A DNA stretch of 23,188 bases from a candidate division WOR-3 bacterium (GTDB lineage: Bacteria > Hydrothermota > Tepidihabitantia > SM23-42 > JAOAFX01), in NCBI GenBank assembly GCA_039802265.1, contig JBDRWI010000037.1, forward strand, positions 1 to 23,188, in the 5' to 3' direction. The notes below the pieces were generated by a model. It saw nothing but the letters and a program-made list of their open reading frames with translations. It did no database searches and was not told where the DNA came from. Below, in pieces: positions 1 through 8,803 of this stretch. Every line of letters begins with the position of its first letter. Positions within the stretch are counted from its first letter, which is position 1. Position numbers and translations under genes: made by a program.

Positions 1-2310
1 GAATTTTTTATTGGTGGATATATCGGGATATTCCTCATCTGCCGCATAGACGATATAACGAAGCAAGATGCACAACAGTATGCATGCCATCTCCAAAATT
101 TGTTAGATGCTATTTTTGATGAATATACTTTTGACTTAATAAGTAGTGAAGAAATAGAAAAAATTCTAAATCCATTTTCCATCAACCAACTATTCACAAT
201 AACCCGTAGGGTAGGTAGAGAGCGATTAGATATGTTAGGCGGTGGGAGGCATAAGCCACAATTAGGCTTTATTAAAGGTATTGAGTTGAAACAAACCGAT
301 ATTAACTTTCCAACTAATGAAATTCTTCATATCTACCCATTCACCCCCAATTATAGTGATTTTGGCAATCTCTTCAAACTTCTTCTTTTAGAGTCCGCAC
401 CCATAATAGTAAGTATTCGACTCAAACCAACAGTACTTGCAGCAAAAGAAATATACTTCTTAGAGGAACAGATTGCCCGCTGCGAAAAGTATGCTCAAAT
501 TAGCTTGGAGCAGGCTCCGGAAGACTTATCTCTAATTCTACCACCATTGAAAGAACAGGCACACTTATATGAAGGATTCCAGACCCGTCTCTTGTATGGA
601 CTCAAAGATAATGCAGGTATTATGACGATAGAAATAGCATCTCCTGAGAAGATACCCGGGCCGATTATAGACACCCTCGGGACACTAATAACTGAGCCAG
701 CTGGTGGCAAAGAAATGAATGTCTATGAAGTACCGAAACATTATTTGACAGGAGGATATGAAATTTTTGAACTAACAGATAGCCAGCCTGCCATTGAGGC
801 GTTTAAGAAATCGGATATTACAATCATCCCTGATCCCATTGTGCCCCCAGATGCCGTAAGGCTTCCTTATCTTTTTGATTCAATAGAATCTATCGCGGCC
901 TTTCGTTTTCCTCCATCCACTATTGAGGGTTACCCGGGCATCAATTGCCAGAACTGGCGAAGCAAGACAATACCTAAGGATTGTTCTGAGGCTGGATGCT
1001 TCCTCGGTATCAATATCCACCGTGCGAATGCCTTCTCGGTTAGATTGAGTGATGATGACCGTAAGCGCCATATCTATATTGTTGGGCAGACGGGGACCGG
1101 TAAAACAACCATGCTTAAAACTATGATATTGGATGATGTACGTCAAAATAAAGGGTTATGTGTAATTGACCCTCACGGAGATTTATTTAAAGAGTTATTA
1201 GGCAAAATCCCAAAAAACCGAATTCAGGATGTAGTTATATTGGATCCCACAGATATAGATTACCCAGTGGGACTCAATATGCTTGAGTGGGAAAATGAAA
1301 ACCAGCGCTATTTTCTTGCCCAGGAGATGGTCAGTATTATTACTAAGCTGATTGAAGATGAATATGGACCTACAAGTATAGGACAAATTGCTGGGCCAAT
1401 TTTCTTCAATCACATGCGAATGAATCTATTGCTTGTCATGTCTAATCCAGATGACCCCGGCACACTATTAGAGTTTTATAACATATATCAAGAAAGAGAT
1501 TATTGGAAACGATGGATACCGTTGCGCGTCACAGACCAATTATTAGAAAGATGGGTTAGTAATGTCCTCCCTCAGACTGATTACACTAAATCCGGTGGCG
1601 ATAACCCTTCCATGGGTGTCTATATTGGCAGCAAATTTCAAGGTTTTGCGTTTGACCCCCTGCTTCGCAATATATTTGGGCAAAAACATTCGACGATTGA
1701 CCTTAAAATGATTATGGATAAAGGCAAAATTTTACTAGTGAATCTTGCTAAAGGAGAACTCTCTGAGCCTAACTCCAGATTTTTGGGAATGGTTCTTTTA
1801 GCAAAGATTATGGCAACTGCCATGGAAAGGGTAAAGACTCCCGAGCACCAACGGCGAGAATTTAATCTTTATGTCGATGAGTTTCAGAGCCTTGCCACAC
1901 AAAGTTTCATCACTCTCATCTCTGAAGCACGTAAGTTTGGTCTCAGTTTAGTTTTAGCAAATCAATTTATTTCTCAGATCAAAGATGAGAGAATACCATC
2001 AGCAATTTTTGGAAATGTTGGCACCATCATTTGTTTTAGATTGGGTCAAGCCGATGCCGAATATATGCAGCGGGCTTTTTATCCAGTCTTCAATTCTTTT
2101 GACCTAACGAATTTACCCAATTGGCACGCATATATAAAGACTCTTATCAGAGGTCAGGCAGTTGAGCCGTTTAGTATTAAAACAGTTCTTGATACAACAC
2201 CATTTGATGAGCGAATCGTAAAAGAAGTGCGGGTTTCCTCCCGACGACTCTATGGTCGTCCGCGCAGTATAGTAGAAAAAGAGATCGCAAAAAGTTTTGG
2301 TAATATTTAA
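1..2310 (+). CDS. VirD4/TrwB/HerA-like (FtsK-HerA superfamily) P-loop ATPase, type IV coupling-protein-like; 5' end probably outside the window
   Basis: DRKRHIYIVGQTGTGKT (Walker A), IDPHGDL, LYVDEFQ (Walker B), SEARKFGLSLVLANQ. Frame 1 is open from base 1 (EFFIGGYIGIFL...), so the TTG at 100 is probably not the true start. Confidence 0.85.
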   Translation, partial: EFFIGGYIGIFLICRIDDITKQDAQQYACHLQNLLDAIFDEYTFDLISSEEIEKILNPFSINQLFTITRRVGRERLDMLGGGRHKPQLGFIKGIELKQTDINFPTNEILHIYPFTPNYSDFGNLFKLLLLESAPIIVSIRLKPTVLAAKEIYFLEEQIARCEKYAQISLEQAPEDLSLILPPLKEQAHLYEGFQTRLLYGLKDNAGIMTIEIASPEKIPGPIIDTLGTLITEPAGGKEMNVYEVPKHYLTGGYEIFELTDSQPAIEAFKKSDITIIPDPIVPPDAVRLPYLFDSIESIAAFRFPPSTIEGYPGINCQNWRSKTIPKDCSEAGCFLGINIHRANAFSVRLSDDDRKRHIYIVGQTGTGKTTMLKTMILDDVRQNKGLCVIDPHGDLFKELLGKIPKNRIQDVVILDPTDIDYPVGLNMLEWENENQRYFLAQEMVSIITKLIEDEYGPTSIGQIAGPIFFNHMRMNLLLVMSNPDDPGTLLEFYNIYQERDYWKRWIPLRVTDQLLERWVSNVLPQTDYTKSGGDNPSMGVYIGSKFQGFAFDPLLRNIFGQKHSTIDLKMIMDKGKILLVNLAKGELSEPNSRFLGMVLLAKIMATAMERVKTPEHQRREFNLYVDEFQSLATQSFITLISEARKFGLSLVLANQFISQIKDERIPSAIFGNVGTIICFRLGQADAEYMQRAFYPVFNSFDLTNLPNWHAYIKTLIRGQAVEPFSIKTVLDTTPFDERIVKEVRVSSRRLYGRPRSIVEKEIAKSFGNI

Positions 2311-2324
2311 GAAAGGAGTATTTT

Positions 2325-3047
2325 ATGGAAAAGAAATTTACCGAAGCTATGAAATTATTGGAATCTAAGGATTTTATTGGTGCTGAAAAGATTTTTGAAG
2401 AAATCGTAGCGGAGTACCGCGAAATTTTAAAAAAAGGAGATAAAGACTATGTAATTGTAAATTCGCCTCAAGAATTTGCCGATTTATGTAGCAGGCAAAG
2501 TCTATCTTCACTCTTCAGTGGTGCATTTGCCGCTGAAGATAGGAAGCTATATAACGAACTTGAAAGAATGAAAAAAGAAGATCCAGAGTTGGCTAAAGAG
2601 TATGAAAAGATCCAGCAAGGTCTAAATCTTGGCTCAAAATCAACCCGGGAGTTAGCCTGGCTCCCATCAATCTTTTCCGATGCCCAATTTTATGTAGGGT
2701 ATTGTAAATTTGAATTGGGTGATATTGAAGGCGCCATTCTTGCAATCAATGAGGCAATAAAAATGAATCCAACAAAGGGAGATTATTATAACGAATTAGG
2801 ATTCCTTTACGGCAAATCGAAAGATTTCACTCGCTCTAATTTTTATTATAAGAAAGCAATAGAAAAAGATTATCTTAAAGAAAATAAGACAATTGCAAGA
2901 AGTTTGAGGGGGCTTGGATTTAACCTCATTGAACAGGGAAATCTTGATGAGGCTGAAAAGATGCTTAAAAAATCACTTGAACTTGAGCCTCACAATGAAA
3001 CTGCCTTGAATGAGCTCGCTTACATAAAGACATTAAAGGATTTGTAA
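2325..3047 (+). CDS. Tetratricopeptide-repeat protein
   Basis: AAGGAG RBS just upstream; TPR-like units (AQFYVGYCKFELGDIEGAILAINEAIKMNP; YYNELGFLY; SLRGLGFNLIEQGNLDEAEKMLKKSLELEP). Confidence 0.85.
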   Translation: MEKKFTEAMKLLESKDFIGAEKIFEEIVAEYREILKKGDKDYVIVNSPQEFADLCSRQSLSSLFSGAFAAEDRKLYNELERMKKEDPELAKEYEKIQQGLNLGSKSTRELAWLPSIFSDAQFYVGYCKFELGDIEGAILAINEAIKMNPTKGDYYNELGFLYGKSKDFTRSNFYYKKAIEKDYLKENKTIARSLRGLGFNLIEQGNLDEAEKMLKKSLELEPHNETALNELAYIKTLKDL

Positions 3048-3062
3048 AATGGAGTGTTTATA

Positions 3063-4532
3063 ATGAACAATGATTCAAATATTAACGAAATAATTAACAG
3101 AATTAAAATGTTTGAAAGTAAAGGTGAATTAACCACCGCAATTTCTGAGGCTGAAAAGGGGCTTGTTGAATATCCAAGAAATTATAAATTATACGAAAAA
3201 TTGGGTGATTTATATCACAAGGCAGGTCGCCAAAACGAGGCTATTTCTGCATATAAAAATGCCTTAATGATTCATACAGATAATCTGGAAAATCCAGATT
3301 GGATTGCAATAGGCCTATGCAGAGAAATCCTAAAAATAAATCCAGGAGAAACTACAATGCATAGATATTTAGCTGAATTCTATCATAAATTAGGTCACCC
3401 ATACGACGCAGTAATACACTATTGGGAGTATATTATTCAAAATATTGATAATAATAATTTTGAGGCAGTATTGCATACATATGACATTATAAAAAACTTG
3501 GCACCTCCCAATGCGGAAGTTCTGAGAATTATATCTAACATTTACGCTCGCATGGGTAATAGCCAAAAGAGTGCCGAACTTTTAGAAGCAGCGCAAGAGT
3601 GTGAAAAAAGCAACACAGAAGAATTGAATCTCGCTGAACCAATTATAGGGAAAAAAGAAAAAACGAAAGTATGCCCCAAATGTGGATGCGTTAACTGGTG
3701 GTTCGCCATCCGTTGTGTTAAACTTGACTGCCGACAATTCTTATTTGAAAAGACCATGAAGGATGATGAGCTTCCTCTCACGGCACTATCCGGCGAATAT
3801 TGTGGTATGAGATATGTTAATATTGAGATGAAATTTGATAATGCGATCGAATTATTGGAGGAAAAAAAATTTAAGGATGCAAAAAGATTGTTTGACGAAA
3901 TTATTGTTATATATCATGACATCTTGGATAATAATAAAGAAAAGACATTTATTATAGCAAACACAAAAGAAGAATTTGATTTAAGGCGAGCGGAGGCAGA
4001 GTTTAATCAGATAGAATCAGCCTTGGCAGGCAACTCTTTTCCTTCTATGTTCTCTCAAAATTTTATCTGGCTTTCACCAATTTTTTCGGAAGCGCAATTT
4101 TATGCGGGTTATTGTGAATACAAACTTGGCAATGTTAGTTCAGCAGTTTCTATGATAAATAAAGCAATAGAGATGAATCCTACGAGGTCCATTTATTATG
4201 TTTCTTTAGGACAAATTTATGCTGAATTAGGTGATTTTGATAAATCTGACAATTATTATAGAGAAGCAATGAACAAAGACTATCTTAAATCAAAAGAATT
4301 ATTGGCGATGTGTTTAAGAAGATTGGGTTTTAATTGCATTGAAAGGGGAGAATTTGATAAAGCGGAAGAGATGTTTAAAGAGTCTCTTGCTTTTATGGAC
4401 TCTGAGATTGCCTTTAATGTTTTAGGTGACCTCCTTAGATTAGAAATATTTTCAAATAAGATGAAGCCACCGAATGGGTCAGAAAATAAAAATGGTGATA
4501 TATCAAAAAACGAGGATATTATTTTATATTAA
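3063..4532 (+). CDS. TPR protein with a central zinc ribbon and a C-terminal paralogous copy of the upstream TPR protein
   Basis: GGAG at 3051-3054 favours ATG 3063 over GTG 3054; N-terminal TPRs; CPKC-x10-C-x4-C; C-terminal half aligns by eye to the 2325-3047 protein. Confidence 0.8.
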   Translation: MNNDSNINEIINRIKMFESKGELTTAISEAEKGLVEYPRNYKLYEKLGDLYHKAGRQNEAISAYKNALMIHTDNLENPDWIAIGLCREILKINPGETTMHRYLAEFYHKLGHPYDAVIHYWEYIIQNIDNNNFEAVLHTYDIIKNLAPPNAEVLRIISNIYARMGNSQKSAELLEAAQECEKSNTEELNLAEPIIGKKEKTKVCPKCGCVNWWFAIRCVKLDCRQFLFEKTMKDDELPLTALSGEYCGMRYVNIEMKFDNAIELLEEKKFKDAKRLFDEIIVIYHDILDNNKEKTFIIANTKEEFDLRRAEAEFNQIESALAGNSFPSMFSQNFIWLSPIFSEAQFYAGYCEYKLGNVSSAVSMINKAIEMNPTRSIYYVSLGQIYAELGDFDKSDNYYREAMNKDYLKSKELLAMCLRRLGFNCIERGEFDKAEEMFKESLAFMDSEIAFNVLGDLLRLEIFSNKMKPPNGSENKNGDISKNEDIILY

Positions 4533-4577
4533 TTTGGCAGAGAGCCGAAAGAAAAAAATTATCATAAGGAGTCAACT

Positions 4578-4640
4578 ATGATGGGTTTATGGTGGCTTCC
4601 CCCCTTATTTCCCGATGCACAATTCTATAATGGTTTATGA
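4578..4640 (+). CDS. Putative 20-aa peptide MMGLWWLPPLFPDAQFYNGL, or remnant of a third TPR-module repeat
   Basis: AAGGAG at 4566-4571, ATG 4578, TGA 4638-4640 overlapping the next ATG (ATGA); matches the WLPSIFSDAQFYVG motif of the upstream proteins. Confidence 0.45.
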   Translation: MMGLWWLPPLFPDAQFYNGL

Positions 4641-5419
4641 AGATTTTTCCTGATGACAGACATAAACTTAAACGAAAATTTACTAAATTTATGTATGATA
4701 AGTTATCACAAGGTATGGAGATACCTGTAATCTTAACTCACTTTAAGTCAACATTAACTAATAAACAACAGCAGATGTTAATTCAGGAGATAATCAATGA
4801 CCTGAACAATAATGTTCCGGTGGCATTGGTTCTCAAAAAAACAAAATTATTCAATACTTTAGAAATAAATATGCTCACCGCAGGTATTAAGGGTGGGATT
4901 CTTGATTTAGTTTTAAAGTATCTCCTATCATTGGACAGACGAAAAACCTCGCCTTCTGATTTAGAGAAATTTTCATGGATTATGGGACACTTACTTCGCT
5001 CAGGAGTATCTGTGAGGAAGGCAATAAAGTGGTCTGCGGAATGCGTAAGTAGTAAAAAATTTAAAAGTTACCTTTTGGGTTTAAATAAGAAAAAAAAAGA
5101 TATTTTCGAAAATTTGGATAAAAATGCATTTCCTCGGTGGACACGCATAATCTTAGGATTAGGTGAATTGAGTGGAACTATTGAGGAAAGTTTTTTTGCA
5201 GTAGAAAAATTTGCAAGAAAAATTCAAACGAAAAAAACAAATCCACCTGCTGATGGATTAATTTTAAACTACGGACTAAAACATCTTGAGAGTGCTGGAT
5301 TCTCTTATCAATCTGCACTGGTGTCAATGTTAAAATTAGAATTTACTAAGCGACATAAAGACATAATACGGAGTTTACTTCGCAATAAAACTACCGAAAA
5401 GATGGTGCTATTGCACTGA
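4637..5419 (+). CDS. GspF/PilC (T2SSF)-domain protein with two tandem domains and no evident transmembrane helices
   Basis: Two segments resemble the T2SSF consensus: FTKFMYDKLSQGMEI...LFNTLEINMLTAGIKGGILDLVL and LEKFSWIMGHLLRSGVSV...FPRWTRIILGLGELSGTIEESF. Confidence 0.65.
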   Translation: MKIFPDDRHKLKRKFTKFMYDKLSQGMEIPVILTHFKSTLTNKQQQMLIQEIINDLNNNVPVALVLKKTKLFNTLEINMLTAGIKGGILDLVLKYLLSLDRRKTSPSDLEKFSWIMGHLLRSGVSVRKAIKWSAECVSSKKFKSYLLGLNKKKKDIFENLDKNAFPRWTRIILGLGELSGTIEESFFAVEKFARKIQTKKTNPPADGLILNYGLKHLESAGFSYQSALVSMLKLEFTKRHKDIIRSLLRNKTTEKMVLLH

Positions 5420-5436
5420 TAAATCCCTTTTTCTTA

Positions 5437-5492
5437 CCCTCTCCCTCTGGGAGAGGGAAAGGGTGAGGGGCGGGTTTTAACCCGCCCACCCT
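5437..5492. repeat. Two adjacent GC-rich palindromes (REP-like, possibly terminator)
   Basis: CCCTCTCCC-tct-GGGAGAGGG (5437-5457) and GGGCGGGTT-tt-AACCCGCCC (5468-5487), extendable by AGGGTG/CACCCT. Confidence 0.7.
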
Positions 5493-5774
5493 GTAAAAAT
5501 AATTTCTCGTTTTCTCAAGAAAGTGAGAAAAGTCTTTAGCCGTTCTAATCAGAAGTTTTTCCTAAATTACAAATAAAATTCATAATTTATTATCTTTTCC
5601 GGTAGTCCTACTTACATTTCCTCCACCTGATTCTGCGGGTGCCAGAAAATCTTGAGGCACTATTTTAGAATCCATTCAGCAAAACAATGGATAGGAAACT
5701 TTTATGAATAATTCTATAAGAAAATTGTATTTGAACCAAATGAAAAATTGTGAGTTTTGGACCGAATCCGGGTG

Positions 5775-5805
5775 TTGATTTTTTCAGGAAATTTGCTAAT
5801 ATAAT
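5775..5805 (+). promoter_or_regulatory. Sigma70-type promoter for mnmG, probably leaderless
   Basis: TTGATT (5775-5780), 16 bp, TG-C-TAATAT (-10 at 5797-5802, overlapping TATAAT 5800-5805); ATG at 5810 without SD. Confidence 0.55.
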
Positions 5806-5809
5806 ATAG

Positions 5810-7687
5810 ATGGAAAGTAAAAGATATGATGTAATCGTTGTCGGTGGTGGCCATGCCGGGATTGAGGCATCACTGGTCTGTGCCCGCAGTGGCCTGGCGA
5901 CACTCCTTCTGACATTGAATATTGATAACATCGGTCAGATGTCCTGCAATCCTTCAATAGGTGGGCTGGCAAAGGGACACCTCGTAAAAGAAATAGATGC
6001 CCTGGGTGGTGAAATTGGTAGACTTGCCGACAGAACAATGGTCCAGTTTCGTATGCTCAATCGTTCCAAGGGTCCGGCAGTCTGGTCGCCCAGGTCGCAG
6101 AATGACCGCCTTAGGTACAAAATAACCGCCCAGAAGGTGCTCAATGAAAGTTCTAATCTTTTTATTAAACAGGAAGAGGTTCGTGAGATTTTAGTAAGCG
6201 GAGAGAAGGCTATTGGAGTGAGAACCGCAATCGGCAATGAATACCTTGCCCGGGCAATAATCTTAACAACCGGAACATTTCTTAACGGACTGATGCATAT
6301 TGGACTTGATACCATGGATGGCGGAAGGCTGGGTGAAGGAATGGCCGGTAGATTAGCTGAATCGCTTAAAAAAGTTGGACTTGCGCTGGGTAGGCTCAAA
6401 ACCGGTACCTCACCCCGGGTCAGTACCCATAGTGTAGATACAGGGAAACTCCAGGTGCAGAATGGTGATGAAACACCTTTGCCATTTTCATTTCGTACCG
6501 GCGAAATAAAAATCTCGCAACTTCCGTGTTATATTACAAGAACGAATGAACGAACCCATGAAATTATCCGTAAGAATCTTGACCGCTCTCCCCTATATAC
6601 CGGTAAGATAGTCGGCATCGGACCCCGCTACTGCCCATCAATTGAGACCAAGGTTGTCCGATTTGCCGACCGTGATTCACACCTTGTCTTTATTGAACCA
6701 GAGGGTTTTGACGCTGGTGAATATTACCTCAATGGTCTTTCAACATCACTCCCTTATGATGTCCAGATTGATATACTCCACTCAATTGATGGTCTCAAGC
6801 AGGCAGAAATTACAAGGCCGGGTTATGCAGTTGAATATGACTTTGTCTATCCGGTCCAGCTCTATCCAACCCTTGAGACAAAATTGGTTAAAAATCTATA
6901 CTGTGCGGGTCAGATAAATGGAACATCGGGCTATGAAGAAGCGGCTGCTCAGGGATTTATCGCGGGAATTAATGCGGTATTGAAATTGAAAAATCAAGAG
7001 CCATTTGTCTTGAAGAGGTATGAAGCATATATCGGGGTCTTGATTGATGACCTTGTTACAAAAAATACCCTTGAGCCCTATCGCATGTTTACCTCACTTG
7101 CCGAACACCGACTGATTTTGAGAATTGATAATGTCTATGACCGACTGATGCATTACGGCGTGAAATTTGGGTTAATTAAAGAAGAGGAATATAAATTCTT
7201 CGTTGATGAAAGAAATAGAATTGATGAGGTGATTAATAAATTAAAGGAGACTAAAGTTAGACCGGAGATGGCAAATCCGGTTCTTTCAAAAAAAAGGGAG
7301 AATCTCCTTGAAACCGGTTATACAAATGCAAGTCTTTATCAGTTATTAAAAAGACCAAATATCCACTGGCAGGATATTAATGAAATTGCCCTTCTCCAAT
7401 TGGAAGAAAGAATCGGTTTCAGGGTTGAAATTGAAGTCAAATATGAGGGGTATATAGAAAGGGAAAAAGAAACAATCAAAAGACTTAAGGAACTGGAGCG
7501 AATAAAAATTCCCGATGATTTTGACTACAACGAAGTCAAGGGGTTATCCAATGAAGCCCGGTCTAAATTGACTGAAGTTAGACCACAGAATCTTGACCAG
7601 GCATCAAGAATCCAAGGGATAAGTCCGCCGGATATACTATTACTCCTTCTTTACTTAAAAAGAGAAAGGGTTGAACAACTTCCTTAA
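5810..7687 (+). CDS. mnmG: tRNA uridine-5-carboxymethylaminomethyl modification enzyme MnmG (GidA)
   Basis: DVIVVGGGHAGIEA, MSCNPSIGG, NRSKGPAV, RLKTGT, GPRYCPSIE, AGQINGTSGYEEAAAQG, EPYRMFTS. Confidence 0.98.
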   Translation: MESKRYDVIVVGGGHAGIEASLVCARSGLATLLLTLNIDNIGQMSCNPSIGGLAKGHLVKEIDALGGEIGRLADRTMVQFRMLNRSKGPAVWSPRSQNDRLRYKITAQKVLNESSNLFIKQEEVREILVSGEKAIGVRTAIGNEYLARAIILTTGTFLNGLMHIGLDTMDGGRLGEGMAGRLAESLKKVGLALGRLKTGTSPRVSTHSVDTGKLQVQNGDETPLPFSFRTGEIKISQLPCYITRTNERTHEIIRKNLDRSPLYTGKIVGIGPRYCPSIETKVVRFADRDSHLVFIEPEGFDAGEYYLNGLSTSLPYDVQIDILHSIDGLKQAEITRPGYAVEYDFVYPVQLYPTLETKLVKNLYCAGQINGTSGYEEAAAQGFIAGINAVLKLKNQEPFVLKRYEAYIGVLIDDLVTKNTLEPYRMFTSLAEHRLILRIDNVYDRLMHYGVKFGLIKEEEYKFFVDERNRIDEVINKLKETKVRPEMANPVLSKKRENLLETGYTNASLYQLLKRPNIHWQDINEIALLQLEERIGFRVEIEVKYEGYIEREKETIKRLKELERIKIPDDFDYNEVKGLSNEARSKLTEVRPQNLDQASRIQGISPPDILLLLLYLKRERVEQLP

Positions 7688-7693
7688 AGGACT

Positions 7694-8749
7694 ATGATAG
7701 AAGATAACATAACTTTCTTAAACACCAAGATGGAGATAAAAGACCACCGGGTATTTTTAGGATTTTTTGAAGTCATCGGTAGATTAAATCCACCGGTTGA
7801 AGAGACTATAAAAGAGATAAAGGAATTCTACAGAAATAGCGAATATCTTCCCTTCTTCCTTGAAGAAGAAGGCGAACACATAATCCGCCTTGTTCCGGTA
7901 AGAAAGACCGAAGAAAAACAAAATTACTGGGTGAATATTATATTATTTCTTGGCACAATCCTGACTACCCTCCTTGCTGGTTCAATGAATAGCGGCGGCG
8001 ACCCATTTAAGAATCCCGCTGACCTGCTCAAGGGAATTCCCTTTTCATTATCGCTAATGGCAATACTCACCTGCCATGAACTGGGTCATTACTTTGTCTC
8101 AAAGAGGTTTGGAATGGTAACCACCCTTCCCTATTTTATTCCTGTTCCCTTTCATTTTTTGGGAACCTTCGGAGCAATTATAAAGATGAAATCCTTCGTG
8201 CCATCCCGGAAGGCACTCCTTATGGTCGGCATGTCCGGTCCACTCTGTGGTTTTTTAGTTGCCCTTTTCACCTCAATAATCGGACTTAGCCTTTCTGAGG
8301 CAAAGATAGTTCCAGCCGAGGGTTCTTATCTTAAACTCGGGGATTCCCTTTTGTTCTATCTCTTGGGAAGAATCATCCAACCCAATATACCCGAAGGGGC
8401 AGATATATTCCTGCATCCGGCAGCGTTTGCCGGCTGGATTGGATTTTTAATAACCTCAATGAATCTAATTCCCATTGGGCAGCTTGATGGTGGACACATC
8501 GCCTATAGTTTGTTTTTAAAAAATATGCGCTATCTATACATTCCACTGATTGTTTGCCTGCTTGGTTTTGGAATTCTATGGCCCGGCTGGATAGTCTGGG
8601 GTCTGCTTGCATTCATCCTTACCCGGAGAGAGCCGGTCATTCAGGATACCATTACCCCACTTTCAACCCAGGAGAAACTCCTTGCCCTCGTCCCTTTTTT
8701 TGTCTTGATTCTCACCTTTATTCCGCAACCCTTTAAAATCAGTGCTTGA
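7694..8749 (+). CDS. Site-2 protease (M50) intramembrane zinc metalloprotease
   Basis: HELGH, GTFGAII, SGPLCG, NLIPIGQLDGGHI; multiple hydrophobic segments. Confidence 0.93.
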   Translation: MIEDNITFLNTKMEIKDHRVFLGFFEVIGRLNPPVEETIKEIKEFYRNSEYLPFFLEEEGEHIIRLVPVRKTEEKQNYWVNIILFLGTILTTLLAGSMNSGGDPFKNPADLLKGIPFSLSLMAILTCHELGHYFVSKRFGMVTTLPYFIPVPFHFLGTFGAIIKMKSFVPSRKALLMVGMSGPLCGFLVALFTSIIGLSLSEAKIVPAEGSYLKLGDSLLFYLLGRIIQPNIPEGADIFLHPAAFAGWIGFLITSMNLIPIGQLDGGHIAYSLFLKNMRYLYIPLIVCLLGFGILWPGWIVWGLLAFILTRREPVIQDTITPLSTQEKLLALVPFFVLILTFIPQPFKISA

Positions 8750-8773
8750 CATTGTTTTGAAAATGGATAAAAT
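8746..8773 (+). promoter_or_regulatory. Sigma70-type promoter for the lipoprotein-LysM operon
   Basis: TTGACA (8746-8751), 16 bp, TAAAAT (8768-8773). Confidence 0.7.
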
Positions 8774-8803
8774 TAGACCATCATGAACAGAGGAGGTAAT
8801 TCT

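Noticed and set aside
100..102. TTG start for the ATPase given in the ORF track
   Set aside because: The frame is open back to base 1 and there is no SD; the start is probably upstream of the window.
5611..5630. Minus-strand GGAGG-AA-ATG-TAA start-stop element
   Set aside because: SD is too close to the ATG and nothing else supports it; likely chance.
8783..8803. Longer N-terminus (MNRGGNS) for the lipoprotein
   Set aside because: This stretch contains the AGGAGG SD; ATG 8804 gives a canonical signal peptide.
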